A stretch of DNA of 64,000 nt from an uncultured Holophagales bacterium (GTDB taxonomy: Bacteria > Acidobacteriota > Thermoanaerobaculia > Multivoradales > UBA5704): NCBI GenBank assembly GCA_963842525.1, contig CAWJGT010000007.1, positions 64,001-128,000 on the forward strand. The letters are read 5' to 3'. This document shows positions 28,850-37,838 of the stretch, piece after piece. Each line of letters starts with the position of its first letter. Position 1 is the first letter of the stretch. The notes beneath the pieces were generated by a model. The model saw only the letters and a list, made by a program, of their open reading frames with translations. It searched no databases and was not told the origin of the DNA. The translations under genes were made by a program, and so were the position numbers.

Positions 28850-30388
28850 ATGCGGGGAAAACACCACCGTAGGAAGCAAACCTGTTTGACGGCCGGCGGA
28901 GAAACCGGGCTCCTGGAGAGGATAGCCTGGGCGATGACGATCCGCGACCTCCGCGAGTTGGGCGGTCTGACCCAGGTTGAGCTGGCGGAGAGGTCCGGCG
29001 TTGCCAACAGTCTGCTCTGCCGGTACGAGCAGGGGCAACAGATCCCTTCCCTGCGCAATGTGCAGCGCATCGGCAACGCGGTGAGCGTACCCCTGCCGGT
29101 GATCGAGAATGATCTCCATCCCGCGCACCGCCGGGCGGTTGCCGCGCAGTGGCGCGGCGAGGTCGTGGCCGGGGATCCGGATGCCCTGGTGGAGGCGGTG
29201 CTCGATTCTCTGGCGGCGGTCCTCCGGCCCGAGGTGCGTCGCCTTGTTGACGTTCTGCGGGAGCACGCCGCCGGCTCCTGGGGCGTGAACAGGCCCCCCA
29301 GGGCGGCAGACCGCGCGGGCGCAGAAGAGCTCTGGGCCGAGCTTGAGGCCGCCTCGCCGACGGACCGCCGGCTGCTCCTGGACGAGGCCCGGGAGTTTCG
29401 GACCTGGCCGGTCTGCGAGCTGGCATGCGTCGCAAGCCGGAAGGCAGCGTCGGACAGCGCAGAACGGGCCCTTGAGCTAGCGGAGCTGGCGGTGGAGATC
29501 GCTGGCCGCCTGCCGGGACTGGATCTGTTCCGCCAGCGAATGCAAGGCCTCGCGCGTCTCCACCTAGCGAACGCCCAGCGGGTGGCCGGCCAGCAGAGGA
29601 CGGCCAGGGACACCCTTGCGCAGGCCCTGGTGCTGTGGAAGAACGGCGCCCCGGCCGACCCTGGCTTGCTCGACGAGGCCCAGGCCTTCAGCCTGGAAGC
29701 CTCTCTGTACATTGACCAGAGGCGCCCCGCCGAGGCCCTGGATCGGCTCGACCGGGCTCTCGCGGTCGATCGGGGCGGCCTCAGGGCGCAACTCTTATCA
29801 AACCGGGCCTGCGCCTTGGAGCAGCTCGGCGACTACGAGGGCGCCGTCGCGACCCTCCGCGAGGCGCTCCCCCTGGTGGCGTCTACGGACCGGCGGATGC
29901 AGTGCGTCGTCCGGTTCAATCTCCTCGGGAACCTTTGCCACCTCCGAAAGTTCGACGAGGCGCCGCCGCTGCTGGACGAGGTGCAGGCTCTCGGCGACGA
30001 GTTGGACAAAGACCTGGATCGCCTGAGGACCCGCTGGCTGACAGGGTGGGTGGCGGCCGGGCAGGGGCGGAGGAATGAGGCGATTGCGATTCTGGAGGAG
30101 GTGCGGGACGACTTTACGGCCCGGAAGATCGCCTACGACACTGCCCTGGTAACGTTGGAGCTGGCTGTCCTCTACCAGGAGGAGGGCAGGACTGCCGAAG
30201 TCACGGAGCTGGCCGTCCTTCTTGCCTGGGTCTTCAACGTCGAAGGAGTGGAGCGGGAAACCCTGGCAGCCCTGCGGCTCTTCTGTGAGGCGGCACGGGA
30301 GGAGACGCTCACCGCCGCGCTGACCCGGCAGATCGCCGACTTTATTTTCCGGGCGCAGCATGATCCCGAGCTGAAGTTCGAACGCTGA
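28850..30388 (+). CDS. XRE-HTH + TPR regulator, paralogue 2 (start may be 28934)
   Basis: LRELGGLTQVELAERSGVANSLLCRYEQGQQIP; TPR half nearly identical to paralogue 1. Confidence 0.82.
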   Translation: MRGKHHRRKQTCLTAGGETGLLERIAWAMTIRDLRELGGLTQVELAERSGVANSLLCRYEQGQQIPSLRNVQRIGNAVSVPLPVIENDLHPAHRRAVAAQWRGEVVAGDPDALVEAVLDSLAAVLRPEVRRLVDVLREHAAGSWGVNRPPRAADRAGAEELWAELEAASPTDRRLLLDEAREFRTWPVCELACVASRKAASDSAERALELAELAVEIAGRLPGLDLFRQRMQGLARLHLANAQRVAGQQRTARDTLAQALVLWKNGAPADPGLLDEAQAFSLEASLYIDQRRPAEALDRLDRALAVDRGGLRAQLLSNRACALEQLGDYEGAVATLREALPLVASTDRRMQCVVRFNLLGNLCHLRKFDEAPPLLDEVQALGDELDKDLDRLRTRWLTGWVAAGQGRRNEAIAILEEVRDDFTARKIAYDTALVTLELAVLYQEEGRTAEVTELAVLLAWVFNVEGVERETLAALRLFCEAAREETLTAALTRQIADFIFRAQHDPELKFER

Positions 30389-30397
30389 GGGGTTACG

Positions 30398-30697
30398 ACT
30401 TTCACATGCGAAAGTTGTTCGGCGTACGACCCTGTTCGGAGGAGAGACTGTTTGAGCCCATTCCTATCTTGAGTGCTGTCCCCATTGCTCTTCCGTAAAC
30501 TTGGGCTCAAAATCGTGAGTTGGCCGTGAGAGTCCCTTCGGAGAAGCCCTTCGGAGGAGCGGAGGAGCCCTTCGGAGGAGCAAGATATGTTTTCGACGCG
30601 CCCGAAAACCGGGCGCAGTCTCAAACGGGCTCACATTGTTCGCCCGAGACTCAAGCATCTGTGTGCCGCGAAATGTGGAACTTTTGCATGCGAAAGT
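30398..30697. repeat. Repeat-rich non-coding element bounded by imperfect palindromes
   Basis: ACTTTCACATGCGAAAGT (30398) and ACTTTTGCATGCGAAAGT (30680); three CCCTTCGGAG copies inside. Confidence 0.55.
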
Positions 30698-30715
30698 TTC
30701 CCTGCTTCCTTGGAG

Positions 30716-32373
30716 GTATCTGTTTACCGCCCTAGTGCCGCCTTCCCCGAGCGGTGGCACGTCCGCAAGGGCTTGAAGTTCTCTTCTCGGCATGGTCTAA
30801 TGTCTTTCAGGCATGCCGACTTACGAGGAACTCCTTCAAGAGAACTCTGAGCTTCGCCAAGACAACGGTGAGCTTCGCCAGCGGGTGGAGGAGCAGGAGC
30901 GCCAGATTGCGCACCTGAAGCGCCGAATCGTCGATCTGGAGAAACTTGTCGAGGAGCTACGGCGCCGGGGCAAACGCCAGGCTGCCCCCTTCTCGAAGGG
31001 AGATCCGAGCGAGGATCCCAAGTCTCCAGGGCGCAAAGCCGGGGATCAATATGGTCAGCAAGCGACTCGAGCTGTGCCCGATCACGTCGACGAAACCATC
31101 GTGGTGGAGTGCCCGCTGTATTGTGAGCACTGTGGGGGTCAGGTCATTCCGCAGGGCGAAGCTCGCCAGTATCAGACCGATCTGCCGCCGATTCGGCCGG
31201 TGACGACGGAGTTCATCCTCCATTATGGGAAGTGCTCGGCATGTGGCCGGGAAGCTGTGGGGCGTCACCCGCGCCAGACTTCCCAGGCGTTCCGGGTCGG
31301 CAACGTGCAACTCGGTCCAAACGTGTTGGGGCTCGCCGCCTGGCTCAACAAGGTCGGAGGCTTGAGCTACGGCAAGATCGCCGCGTTGCTGAAGGAGCTG
31401 GCTGGACTGTCTGTGTCGCGCTCGGCCCTGTGCCGCGCGCTGCTTCGCATGAGTAAGAAGCTGGAGCCCTTGTACGAGGAGCTGAAGGCGAAGATCCGGA
31501 GCCTCTCCTGTGGTGTACCCGGACGAGACGGGCTGGCGGGAGGGGGGCTATAGCGTGTGGTTGTGGGTGTTCACCAATCGCAGCGAGACGGTCTACAGCA
31601 TCCAGCCGGGTCGTGGCTATGCCGAGGCCTCTGAGGTCCTGGGGGAGGGCTTTGTCGGCGTGCTGGTGGCTGATGGTTGGGCTCCCTATCAGAAATTTGA
31701 AGAAGCGACTCATCAGACCTGTCTGGCGCATCTGTTGCGCCGTTGCGAGGAGCTGCTGGAGAAGGCGACAGGGGGTGCGGTGCGCTTTCCTCGGGCGGTG
31801 AAAGAGATCCTGCAGGCCGCCTTGGAGGCGCGAGATCAGCGGGACGCGGGCAAGCTCAGCGGCGAGGCGCTGGAGAAGGTCAAGCAGGACTTGGAGCTCC
31901 AGATGGAAAGGCGTCTGTCGGGGCAGTTCACGAACCCCGACAACCAGCGTCTGGCTCAGCATTTGATACGTCACCAGGAGCAGCTGTTTGTCTTCCTGGA
32001 ACGCACGGATGTGGAGGCGACCAATTGGCCGGCCGAACAAGGGATTCGCCCGGCGGTCATCAACCGCAAGACATCTGGGGGAAATCGGACGGCCGAGGGG
32101 TCCCAGGCGCAAGCGGTCTTGATGAGTGCCCTGCGCACATTTCAGCAACACCAAGTCGGGACACTCGAGATCTTGCCCCAGCTTCTGCGCAGCCCCCAGC
32201 TACCGAAGCTTGAGGCAATACTTCCTGCGTCACAGCCACCGTAACAGTTCTCGCCACGAGTTATCCGTGGCTCCAGGTCGGTAGCCGCTCGCCCTCGTCA
32301 GGTCGCCTGGCCAGCGCGGACGTGTGTCCAGGGAAAACCTTCCCCAAAAGTGCCGCTGACGGTAAACAGATAC
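30716..32373 (+). mobile_element. IS66 family insertion sequence (single-ORF type)
   Basis: 14-bp perfect TIRs GTATCTGTTTACCG / CGGTAAACAGATAC; no flanking duplication. Confidence 0.88.
30813..32244 (+). CDS. IS66 transposase, frameshift near 31500
   Basis: Coiled coil, CPLYCEHCG finger, PDETGW, QTCLAHLLR, TNWPAEQGIRPAVINRK. Confidence 0.88.
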
Positions 32374-32601
32374 GACCTGTCTAAGGCTGGTGGCCGCACA
32401 TTCAAGGCGAGCTTCGCCCGGCTTCCGACGGTTGACCACGTCGGCGACGGTCTAGGTGAAGCTGACTTCCGGATCTGCGGCTGGGCAGTCAACGACGCGA
32501 AGAACGACTTAAGTCTTGAGGCCTTTGTCGAGCTCTGCGGGAAGGTTCTTCAGCATCTGCGACGTGATGCCTGGCCCTCAGTCGCTGCACAGGACATCTG
32601 A
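32374..32601 (+). pseudogene. C-terminal remnant of HNH-like protein cut by IS66
   Basis: LPTVDHV...ICGWAVNDAKNDLS begins at the IS right end. Confidence 0.5.
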
Positions 32602-32775
32602 CGCCGCCTCCAGAAGTACGTGGCTACAGATTTCCGGAGGCTTCGTGGGTCCGTCGCCGCGGGCGGTACGCCCCGCCACCCCTAGAAAGAGACTCTTCGG
32701 AATTTCCAATCGCTGTAGCGTTTCACTCTTTGCGGACCTAGAGCTTGTCACGGCGCCTCTTCGGAAGCCGTTCAG

Positions 32776-33000
32776 TCAGACCTCTGCGAAATGCTCTGCC
32801 GTAGCGCGTGGAGCCGCCGATAACGGGATGGAGTGATCAAAGTAACGAGCCTTCCTCCATGCTCCACGGCCAGCGCGAGAAGGGCTCGCATCAGCCGAGA
32901 TCGTCTTCGCGGAGCTTGTCGATCAGCTCGTTGGAAACAGGCCTCCCGCGAGGAGGCAGCGGCTCGAAGCCAAAGAAGCGCTCCGGTTCCTTGGCCTCAG
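32776..33000 (-). pseudogene. Decayed vapBC pair
   Basis: Antitoxin C-terminus PPRGRPVSNELIDKLREDD coupled to MRALL joined directly to ALAVEHGGRLVT (VapC with core deleted). Confidence 0.55.
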
Positions 33001-33183
33001 GGATCCCCTGCCGCAGTTGCTGCGGCACGGACAGGTCCGCGTGCGCGACCAGCGACGCCGCGTAGTCCTCCAACCAGACGAGGCGCCGGGAGCCGTCCAT
33101 CCAGATGCCGCGCAGGTTCCAACGTCACATGTCCGGAGCTTATTCTGGATATTGCGCGATGCAGTCCGTCGACTCCGAGAAGC

Positions 33184-33453
33184 TCAAAATTGCCGTCGCG
33201 GAAGCTCGCGTGCCGGATCGAGGCCGAGGGCCACGTGCCAATAAGCCCAGGAGCGGGGATCGAAAAGGCCTGGCGGCGGATCGGCCAGCACCTTGCGCAG
33301 CGCGTCGTCCTCGAAGTGGCGGCGCGTCACGACAACGTCCTCTGCAGTGCCGTAGACCATGACCTGAGCCAGAAAGCGCTGAGGATCCGCCAGAGCTTCC
33401 TGCGGCGTCTTCCACCAGACGAGGCGGGCCGCGATGGGTTCCAGGTCCGTCAT
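33184..33453 (-). CDS. Small partner of AbiEii nucleotidyltransferase
   Basis: VWWKTPQEAL...AQVMVYGT...FDPRSWAYW; ATGA coupling. Confidence 0.72.
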   Translation of the reverse strand: MTDLEPIAARLVWWKTPQEALADPQRFLAQVMVYGTAEDVVVTRRHFEDDALRKVLADPPPGLFDPRSWAYWHVALGLDPARELPRRQF

Positions 33454-34109
33454 GGCAGCAGCCCTCCGGGCAACGGAGCGATCTCGGGAATCCGGCTGAG
33501 ATCGACCGCCTGAACCGCCGCCAGCAGATGGGACTGGACAGCCGCGGGCAGAGAGGCAAGATCGCCATCCGCAAAGTAGCTCAAGGCTTTCAGACTGAGG
33601 AGAGGGTTGAAACGCGAGCCGAACACGGCCCGCGCCGCGCCAAGGGCCCGGCTGAGGTCAATCCCCTCTTCCAAGAGGCGGCTGACGTCGACATAATCCT
33701 TCGCCTCAGCCCGGTCCTGGACAACTCTGACCTTGGTCGCCGCCAGATCGAGGAGGGAAGCGACGGATATTCCAGCACCTTCCGCCAGATCTGGATCGAC
33801 CACGCGGCGGAGGCTCAACCCACCGAAGAAAGAGACTTTCACCGGTCCGTCCCGATCGACCGAAGAGACGAGGGTGTTCGGAGAGGACTGAAGACGGACG
33901 CCGTCCCGCAGAAGCGGGATACGCCTTTCGAGATCGTCCGGACGGAATTCCTCGTTCGAGAAGAAGTCGAAATCCTCGGAGACTCTGTGGCCCAGCCGAA
34001 GGGCCAATGCGGTTCCACCGTAGAGGACGAAGCCCGCTGGCACGGTGGAAAGCTCGGGCCAGAGCCGCCGCTGGGCCGGGGGGAGCTTTTCGAGGTCAGG
34101 TTTCAACAT
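33450..34109 (-). CDS. AbiEii/AbiGii family nucleotidyltransferase
   Basis: LYGGTALALRLGHRVSEDFDFF, K...RAEAKDYVD. Confidence 0.88.
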   Translation of the reverse strand: MLKPDLEKLPPAQRRLWPELSTVPAGFVLYGGTALALRLGHRVSEDFDFFSNEEFRPDDLERRIPLLRDGVRLQSSPNTLVSSVDRDGPVKVSFFGGLSLRRVVDPDLAEGAGISVASLLDLAATKVRVVQDRAEAKDYVDVSRLLEEGIDLSRALGAARAVFGSRFNPLLSLKALSYFADGDLASLPAAVQSHLLAAVQAVDLSRIPEIAPLPGGLLP

Positions 34110-34118
34110 CGCGAGGCC

Positions 34119-35955
34119 TCACCTGTACGCCGCCGCCTGAATGCCATATAGCTCGGAATACTGCCCGCCGTTCGCCAAGAGATCCTCATGCGTGCCGACC
34201 TCAACGACGTGTGCGCCGTCGAGGACGACGATGAGATCGGCCATGCGGACCGTGCTGAACCGGTGCGAGACGAGGACTGTGATGCGCCCGTCGGCAGCAG
34301 TGACATCCCGATGGGCTGCGGCGGCGTAGCGCTCGAAGAGGGCGTGCTCGGTCTCGGCGTCGAGGGCGGCCGTCGGCTCGTCGAGCACGAGGAGCAGCGG
34401 GTGATCGCGCATGAAGCCTCGCGCCAGCGCGAGCTTCTGCCACTGGCCGAAGGACACGTCGACGCCGCCGGGCCAGGTCGGGCCGAGCTGCGTGTCGAGC
34501 CCGGCCGGCCACCGCGCGACGACGTCGTCCGCTCCGGCACGCTCGACGGCGCGGATCACGGCGGGCTCCTCGTCGAGCCGGGGGACGTCCCCGACGCCGA
34601 TCGACTGGCGCGCGGGGAAGCTCGAAGCGGAAAAAATCCTGGAAAGCTCCGGCGAGGCGCTCGCGCCATGCGTCCGCCCGCATGCGCGCCAGCGGCTGTC
34701 CGTCCACATGGATCGCGCCCGACGTGGGCTCGTAGAGCTTGGCGAGCAGCTTGACGAGCGTGGTCTTGCCGGCGCCGTTTTCCCCGACGATGGCGACGAC
34801 GGTGTCCGCGGGCAGCTCGAGCGTCACATCCTCCAGCACGAGGCGTTCGGTGCCGGGGTAGGCGAAAGAAACGTGATCGAAATGGATCCCCTGCCGCAGT
34901 TGCAGCGGCACGGGCACGTCCGCGTGGGCGACCAAGGATGCCGCGTAATCCTCCAGCCAGGCGAGGCGCCGGGAACCGTCCATCCAGATGCCCCGCAGGA
35001 AGCCGATTTCCCCGACCGTGGCGCCGATGTATGCGGACAGGCGCGCGCCGGCCGCGAGGACGAGCAGCACGTCGCCCGCGGAGGCTCGGAGCCCTGCTGA
35101 GACAAAGACGACCGCGCCGGCCCAGGCGCCGCCGAACACGGCCCAGGCGAGCGTATGCCACGCGGCCGAGCCCCAGCGGGCGCCGGCAATGGGCCCATAC
35201 CAGCGCTCCCAGGCCTCGCGGCGCCCGTTGGCAAGGCGCCCGCCGATGCCCCCCCTTCCGATCACGCGCACTTCCTTGCCGGGCGCAGCGGTGGTGGCCA
35301 GGGTGAAGAGATGTCGCGCGAGCCGGCCTGCCTGGGCCCCGCGCTCGTAGGCGATGCGCTCGACCGCGGGCCGCCATGTGGCGGTGAGGACGGTGGGCAG
35401 CGCGAAGACGGCGAGCAACACGAGCGCCGGGTGGATCGAGACGAGCAGGGCGATTGTCACGCCGAGCCGCAGCAGCCATCCGCAGGTGGAAAAAACCGAC
35501 ATATACATGTGATCGAGCACAAACACCTGATCGCGCAGCACGGAGAGCCGGTCGAGAACGTCGGGGCGCTCGTGGTGGGCGATGGTGGTCACCGACGCTT
35601 GCAGCCGGGCCACATGGGCTTCGAGCGCGATCGTGACCTTGTCGCGGAAGCGGCGCTGCACGCGGGTACTGACCGTGCGCAGCAGCCAGGTGGCCGCGGC
35701 GGAGACGCCGAGCGCAATCGCGGCGATGCGGATGATCCGTCCATCGTGACCGAGCAAACCCTTGCCGAGCAGCGCGAGCCACCAGGCGATCAACGCGTCC
35801 GGCAATGCCGCCAGCAATGACAGGACGAAGGCCGCGAGCATGAGGCCGGGCTCGTGGCGATATCCGAGCTTGCACAGCCGCCACATGGACGGCAGCGCAG
35901 GCGGAAGGCCGTCCCCCCGCCGCCAACTGCGAGAGCTGTCAGGAGAGGACGTCAT
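34119..35955 (-). CDS. ABC exporter (TM + ATPase), frameshift near 34615
   Basis: GENGAGKTT, SFGQWQKLALAR, LDEPT, SHRFSTVR. Confidence 0.87.
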
Positions 35956-37753
35956 AGGCGAGCCCCTCCTCGTCCTCCGCCGCCGTGAAACGCTGGGCTT
36001 GGAGAGCGAACATCGTCCGGTAGCGGCCGCCGAGCGCCATCAGCTCCTCGTGGGTGCCGAGCTCGATCACCTTGCCGTGCTCCAGCACACAGATGCGGTC
36101 GGCGTGGCGCACCGTCGAGAAACGGTGCGAAATGAGGATGGTCGTGCAGTGCCGGGTGGCGGCGAGGATGCGGTCGAAGATCTCGGCTTCGCCGCGTACG
36201 TCGAGCTGCGCAGTGGGCTCGTCGAGCAGCACGACTCCTGCGCCCAGCCGCACCGCGCACAGAGCACGGGCGAGTGCGATGCGCTGCCACTGTCCGCCCG
36301 ATAGATCGGTGCCTCCCTCATAGCCGCGGGCCAGCACGGTGTCGAGGCTCGCGAGGTCCGCGGCGCCGGCCTCCGCGAGCGCAGTGAGGACGGCTGTGTC
36401 TTGCACACCATTCAAAACCTTTTGAGGAGCGACGTTGTCGCGCAGTGGCAGCTCGAAGCGGATGAAGTCCTGGAAGACGGCGGTGATGCGTTCCCGCCAC
36501 GCGGCGAGATCGAATTCGCGCAGGTCGATCCCGTCGATCTCGATCGCTCCGGCTTGCGGGTCATAGAGCCGGCACAGCAGCTTGGCGAGCGTGGTTTTGC
36601 CAGCGCCGTTCTGGCCCACGATGGCCAGAGACGATCCGGCGGGAATGGTCAGGTCGAAGCCCTCCAGCACCGGAGCGGAGCCGCCGGAAGGATACGTGAA
36701 TGTGACGTTGCGGAAGCAGATCTCATGGACCGGCATGCTGCCTGCCTCGCGGGTCCCGGAGGGCAACGCGCCGCCGGCCTCCATGGCGGGCTCGAGGCGC
36801 AGCACCGCGGCCACCGGTGCCGCGGAGCTGTCGAGCGCCCAGTTGAGCCCGCCGAATGCGATCATTGAAGCGCCGACCGCGCTCTGCGCATAGATCACCA
36901 GCGCGCCGAGCTCGATCCGGCCGGCGGAGGCGTCATGGGCGAGCGACCAGAACACGAGGACGTTGGCGCCGATCACGAGCAGCATGCTCCACAGCAATGG
37001 TTTCTCGCGCAGGCGCGTCGCCTCATACTGCAGCTCGTGCAGGCGGGTGCGGCGGTTGATGAAGCGATCGATGACCCAGCCGGCAAGGCCGAACAGGCGG
37101 AGCTCCTTCGCCGCCGGCGGATCAACGGCGAGCCGGTAGGCGTATTCGGCGTCGCGTTGCGCCGCCCGCACCACCTCGGTGTTGCGGTCGTGCCAGACCG
37201 AGCTCTCGCGCAGCAGCCAGTGCGTCGCCAGCCACGCGCCGGCAAGGACGAGAGCCGCCCACCATCGATATCCCGCGAGCACCGCGGCAAACGCGAGGCC
37301 GGCGATCATCTCGACCAGACCTCCGGCAATGAAGTCCATCGAGATCGAAAGCGGAGGTCCGGTCATGCCGAGATCGAAATCGCGGGCTACCGTGAGGTCG
37401 TTCGTGAGCTTGGGATCTTCGAGATGGCCCATTCCAGGCGGGCGGACACAGGCCGCGGTCAGGCGGTCATAGAGCCAGGCCGAGGTGCGGTCCCCGAGGT
37501 TCGCGCTCACCGCCTGATGGATCGGAGTGAGGACCTGGAGCAGCACGAACACGATCCCGGCGAACGTGAGCGGAGCCGCGAGCCCGGTGCCCTGCTGTAC
37601 GGCGGCCACCAGCACGCCCATGGCGATGCCGAACAGGGCGGGCAGAAGGCCCCGCAGCACGAGCACCACCCACCAGACGCCGGCCAGAGCGCGATCCGCC
37701 TTCGGCAGGACAGCGAAGAGCTTCCACTCGTTGCGCTCACGCAGGCGTCGCAT
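35939..37753 (-). CDS. ABC exporter (TM + ATPase)
   Basis: GQNGAGKTT, LSGGQWQRIALAR, LDEPT. Confidence 0.9.
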   Translation of the reverse strand: MRRLRERNEWKLFAVLPKADRALAGVWWVVLVLRGLLPALFGIAMGVLVAAVQQGTGLAAPLTFAGIVFVLLQVLTPIHQAVSANLGDRTSAWLYDRLTAACVRPPGMGHLEDPKLTNDLTVARDFDLGMTGPPLSISMDFIAGGLVEMIAGLAFAAVLAGYRWWAALVLAGAWLATHWLLRESSVWHDRNTEVVRAAQRDAEYAYRLAVDPPAAKELRLFGLAGWVIDRFINRRTRLHELQYEATRLREKPLLWSMLLVIGANVLVFWSLAHDASAGRIELGALVIYAQSAVGASMIAFGGLNWALDSSAAPVAAVLRLEPAMEAGGALPSGTREAGSMPVHEICFRNVTFTYPSGGSAPVLEGFDLTIPAGSSLAIVGQNGAGKTTLAKLLCRLYDPQAGAIEIDGIDLREFDLAAWRERITAVFQDFIRFELPLRDNVAPQKVLNGVQDTAVLTALAEAGAADLASLDTVLARGYEGGTDLSGGQWQRIALARALCAVRLGAGVVLLDEPTAQLDVRGEAEIFDRILAATRHCTTILISHRFSTVRHADRICVLEHGKVIELGTHEELMALGGRYRTMFALQAQRFTAAEDEEGLAYDVLS

Positions 37754-37838
37754 CTCGGAATAAGCTTACACCGCATGGAACGTTGCCGGCGCCAGCGAAA
37801 GGGGGTACGCTGATGAGCGGCGAGACAGGGGAGTTGAG

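Noticed and set aside
22819-30388. Prophage immunity region
   Set aside because: Despite several XRE genes there are no integrase, replication or structural phage genes
30533-30581. CCCTTCGGAGGAGC repeats as a CRISPR array
   Set aside because: Units too short, no unique spacers, no cas genes
31490-31520. Programmed frameshift in IS66 transposase
   Set aside because: No slippery run; a single extra base explains it and similar indels occur throughout the window
34119-37753. ABC pair as the dedicated exporter of the DPNG peptide
   Set aside because: No C39 peptidase domain, separated by IS and debris, and the peptide has a Sec signal
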